Assembly (NCBI GenBank): GCA_030390025.1
Contig: CM059432.1
Span: forward strand, 4,526,001 to 4,590,000
DNA: 64,000 nucleotides
Reading direction: 5' to 3'
Origin: Squalus acanthias
Taxonomy: Eukaryota
Shown: piece after piece, positions 60,217 to 64,000 of the stretch
How positions within the stretch are numbered: position 1 is the first letter of the stretch
Layout: every line of letters begins with the position of its first letter
Notes under the pieces: generated by a model
What the model saw: the letters and a program-made list of their open reading frames with translations, nothing else
Told to the model about the DNA's origin: nothing
The model's database searches: none
Translations under genes and position numbers: made by a program

Positions 60217-63200
60217 GGTCGTGATTTTACTTCTCTCGGCGGGTCCAGGGCGGGCGATGTCGGTGGCGGGTCCCAACCCCGCTACTGGCTCCATCCCGCT
60301 CTGTGAAATGACTTCCCGTTGATAGGGCTTGTTAAGCCCGCCGAGCGCATTACCCGGTCCAATTAGAGGAAGTAGGTCTGGTGACGTCATTTCATGATGT
60401 GTCATCAGCCAGTTTTCTTAAAGGGACTATGGCCACCTTTGTCTTGACATTTGTGCTGTCAGTGTTCTACAGCATTGAGGTGCTGCAAACACTGACAAGC
60501 ACTGCACAAAGGTACAGGGCTGCACCCAGGTTCTCCCATGACTCACTCCATATGCTTATGGAGGGAGTCACAGCACGCAGGGAGGTCCTCTTCCCTTCCC
60601 ATGGGCGGAAGAGACCTCCCCAGGAGATCAACACAGCCTGGTTGCGCATTGCAAACGTTAGTACAAAGCCACACTCAACCTTATCCTGCTGTGTCTCTCA
60701 TCACATCCCCATCACTCTGCCTTCCCTACCCTACTCCTGCACATCCTTACTCACACCAACTTACCTTGCACCTCCACCCATCCCTCTCTATCTACATTAT
60801 CACTTCCCCAACTCACTAGCCACCCCTCACACTCACCTTCATCCTAGTGCAATTATATGAACTAACAACACACAAGGGTAGCCGCTTGGGTGTTTTATGT
60901 AATGTTCATGTGAAGTTTCTGTTAATGTGCTGTCAAACATTGAAACCTTTATTTTCAACATTTTGCATTCTTGGACAGATTTGTGTGCACCTTTGGAAGT
61001 GGCTTAGTGAGTTGCAGTGAATGGTGAGACATAACGGTACCCCCCACAATGGTAATGAATGTGAAAGGAATGGCTTGGGCATTGTAGGGATGGTTTATGG
61101 TGTTGGTGTGGGGTGGTGCCAACCTGGCGCATTATGTGGCAGCCAAGGTGGAGAAACATAGACATAGAAACATAGAAACATAGAAAAATAGGAGCAGGAG
61201 TCGGCCATTCGGCCCTTCGAGCCTGCTCCGCCATTCAATATGAATATGGCTGATCCTCTATCTCAATACCATATTCCCGCTCTCTCCCCATACCCCTTGA
61301 TGCCTTTTGTGTCTAGAAATCTATCTATCTCCTTCTTAAATATATTCAGTGACTTGGCCTCCACAGCCTTCTGTGGTAGAGAATTCCATAGGTTCACCAC
61401 CCTCTGAGTGAAGAAATTTCTCCTCATCTCAGTCCTAAATGTCCTACCCTGTATCCTGAGACTGTGACCCCTCGTTCTAGACCCCCCCCAGCCAGGGGAA
61501 ACATCCTCCCTGCATCCAGTCTGTCTAGCCCTGTCAGAATTTTATACGTTTCAATGAGATCCCTTCTCATTCTTCTAAACTCTAGTGAATACAGGCCTAG
61601 TCGACCCAATCTCTCCTCACACGACAGTCCTGCCATCCCAGGAATCAGTCTGGTGAACCTTCGCTGCACTCCCTCTATGGCAAGTATATCCTTTCTTAGG
61701 TAAGGAGACCAAAACTGCACACAGTACTCCAGGTGTGGTCTCACCAAGGCCCTGTATAACTGTAGTAAGACATCCTTGCTCCTGTACTCAAATCCTCTTG
61801 CAATGAAGGCCAACATACCATTTGCCTTCCTAACTGCTTGCTGCACCTGCATGTTTGCTTTCAGTGACTGGTGTACAAGGACACCCAGGTCCCTTTGTAC
61901 ATCAACATTTCCCAATCTATCACCATTTAAATAATACTCTACCTTTCTGTTTTTCCTACCGAAGTGGATAACTTCATATTTATCCATGTTATACTGCATC
62001 TGCCATGTATTTGGCCACTCACTCAACTCATCTAAATCGCCTTGAAGCCTCTTTGCATCCTCCTCACAACTCACAATCCCACCTAGTTTTGTGTCGTCAG
62101 CAAACTTGGAAATATTACATTTAGTTCCCTCATCCAAATCATTGATATATATTGTGAATAGCTGGGGCCCAAGCACTGATCCCTGCGGTACCCCACTAGT
62201 CACCAGCTGCCACCCCGAAAAAGACCCATTTATTCCTACTCTCTGTTTCCTGTCTGTTAACCAATTTTCAATCCATGCCAGTATATTACCCTCAATCCCA
62301 TGTGCTCTAATTTTGCACACTAACCTCTTATGTGGGACTTTATCAAAGACCTTTTGAAAATCCAAATACACCACATCCACTGGTTCTCCCTTATCTATTC
62401 TACCAGTTACATCCTCAAAAAACTCCAGTAGGTTTGTCAAACACGATTTCCCTTTCATAAATCCATATTGACTTTGTCTAATCCTGTTGATATTTTCTAA
62501 GTGTCCTGTTATCACATCCTTTATAATACTCCAGCATTTTCCCTACTATTGATGTTAGGCTAACTGGTCTGTAGTTCCCTGTTTTCTCTCTCCCTCCTTT
62601 TTTAAATAGTAGGGTTACATTTGCCACCCTCCAATCTGCAGGAACTGTTCCATATTTGTATTTGTTTAATTGCTCAGCCATTTCCTTGTTCCCCATTATA
62701 AATTCTCCCGTTTCTGACTGTAAGGGTCCTACATTTGTCTTCACTAATCTTTTTCTTTTTACATACTTGTAGAACTTTTACAATCCGCTTTTATGTTCCT
62801 TGCAAGTTTACTCTCATACTCTATTTTTCCCCTCTTAATCAATCTGTTGGTCATTTTTTGCTGAACTCTAAACTGCTTCCAATCCTCAGGCTTGTTACTT
62901 TTTCTGGCAACTTTATATGACTCGTCTTTGGATCTAATACTATCCTTAATTTCTTTTGTTAACCATGGTTGGGCCACTTTTCCTTTTGTGTTTTTACACC
63001 AGAAAGGAATGTATAACTGTTGCAATTCATGCATTCGTTCCTTAAAGTGAATATCAGTCTGGTGGGAGCTTTTACTGTACATCTGAAGCTGTCAAGTAAT
63101 CAGCTGGAGCAATGGCCACTGAACTCATGCCTCAGCTTGACAGCCGTGGTCTGCGCACAGCGGGGCATCCCGTGGTCATGAAGCTAAAGACAAAAGGTAA

Positions 63201-63410
63201 GTGAAAAAAGGCTGTTACGCATCTGGCAACTAGATGCTAATCCTTTTAATTGCCTCCCCCGCCACTGTCGGTCGGGTCTGCTCAGCGTTGACAGACCCAA
63301 CATTGGGAAAGGTGCGTGGTGGCGGGTTCCCGACCCGCTGTCAAAAACAAACACTTTCCCACCCGACCTGTCACCCATCCCGCCCGCTGATCCCCTTGGA
63401 AAATTCCTTC
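60217..63410 (+). mobile_element. Non-autonomous Harbinger derivative (60217-~61150; probable right end ~63050-63410) split by CR1
   Basis: RAAPRFSHDSLHMLMEGVTARREVLFP..AW Myb-like remnant; homologous to 1096-2005; CCGCTGTCAAAA motif near the right end in both copies. Confidence 0.6.
61155..63045 (-). mobile_element. CR1 LINE ORF2 (RT) and 3' end
   Basis: ORF 61424-62515 with QYGF, DF.K.FDKVPH, SGVPQGSVLGP, FADD; (CATAGAAA)n tail. Confidence 0.93.
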
Positions 63411-63774
63411 CAAACATACACCACTCGTGAGAGGAACAGCACCACAACTTATGATTCACACTTAATTTGAAATAAGTCAGTTCAGGATCCATTTGCGCAC
63501 TGATGCAAAGCTATTCTGGATCTAACAGTAAAATGTGGGAGTGGGTTCGCGGCTTGACTCTCTACTTTATTGAAGCCAAATTGCATGGGATCCACTACAG
63601 GGGCTTGTTTTACACCTGTGTTTGCAGGAACTCTCACCATAAAAGGTAGCTGGGCTGTGAGAACTGTGACCACATCCAAATACACATACATAATGCACCT
63701 TGGATGCTGAAAAACTGTGGACCTGCAAAGAAACGAGCATCTGCCCAATTAAACCGAGTGGCTCAGTGGTTAAC

Positions 63775-64000
63775 GGTAGATGCAGAGAGGATGTTTCCCC
63801 TGGCTGGGGAGTCTAGAACCAGGGGTCACAGTCTCAGAATAAGGGGTCGGCCATTTAGGACTGAGATGAGGAGAAATTTCTTCACTCAGAGGGTGGTGAA
63901 TCTTTGGAATTCTCTACCCCAGAGGGCTGTGGAGGCTCAGTCGTTGAGTATATTCAAGACCGAGATCGATAGATTTCTGGATATTAAGGGGATCAAGGGA
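63775..64000 (+). mobile_element. CR1 LINE 3' fragment, runs off the window
   Basis: RMFPLAGESRTRGHSLRI..RRNFFTQRVV. Confidence 0.88.

Overview
Eukaryotic, repeat-saturated non-genic DNA. The repeat families (HE1-type V-SINE, SacSINE1-like Deu-SINE, CR1/L2/RTE LINEs) point to a cartilaginous fish; this is an inference. No host protein-coding gene could be identified. The best-supported structures are: (1) a three-level nest in which a CR1 tail holds a full-length Gypsy LTR element (13796-22239, minus, GTAT TSD, tRNA-Trp-like PBS), whose 3' LTR is split by a complete 4.1-kb two-gene PIF/Harbinger transposon (13851-17994) with an apparently intact 3-exon Myb/SANT gene and a frameshifted HARBI1-like transposase; (2) a near full-length Penelope-like element (~51.5-57.8 kb) whose RT region has amplified into a ~3.1-kb, 42-bp minisatellite; (3) minimal hammerhead-ribozyme motifs from two Penelope families; (4) two related long solo LTRs with 4-bp TSDs, several non-autonomous Harbinger derivatives, a Tx1 ORF1, an inverted LINE-plus-flank duplication and a triple-CCAAT promoter-like island. 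I see no convincing wholly new biological system; the interest lies in transposon architecture. Boundaries of degraded repeats are approximate and all alignments were done by eye.
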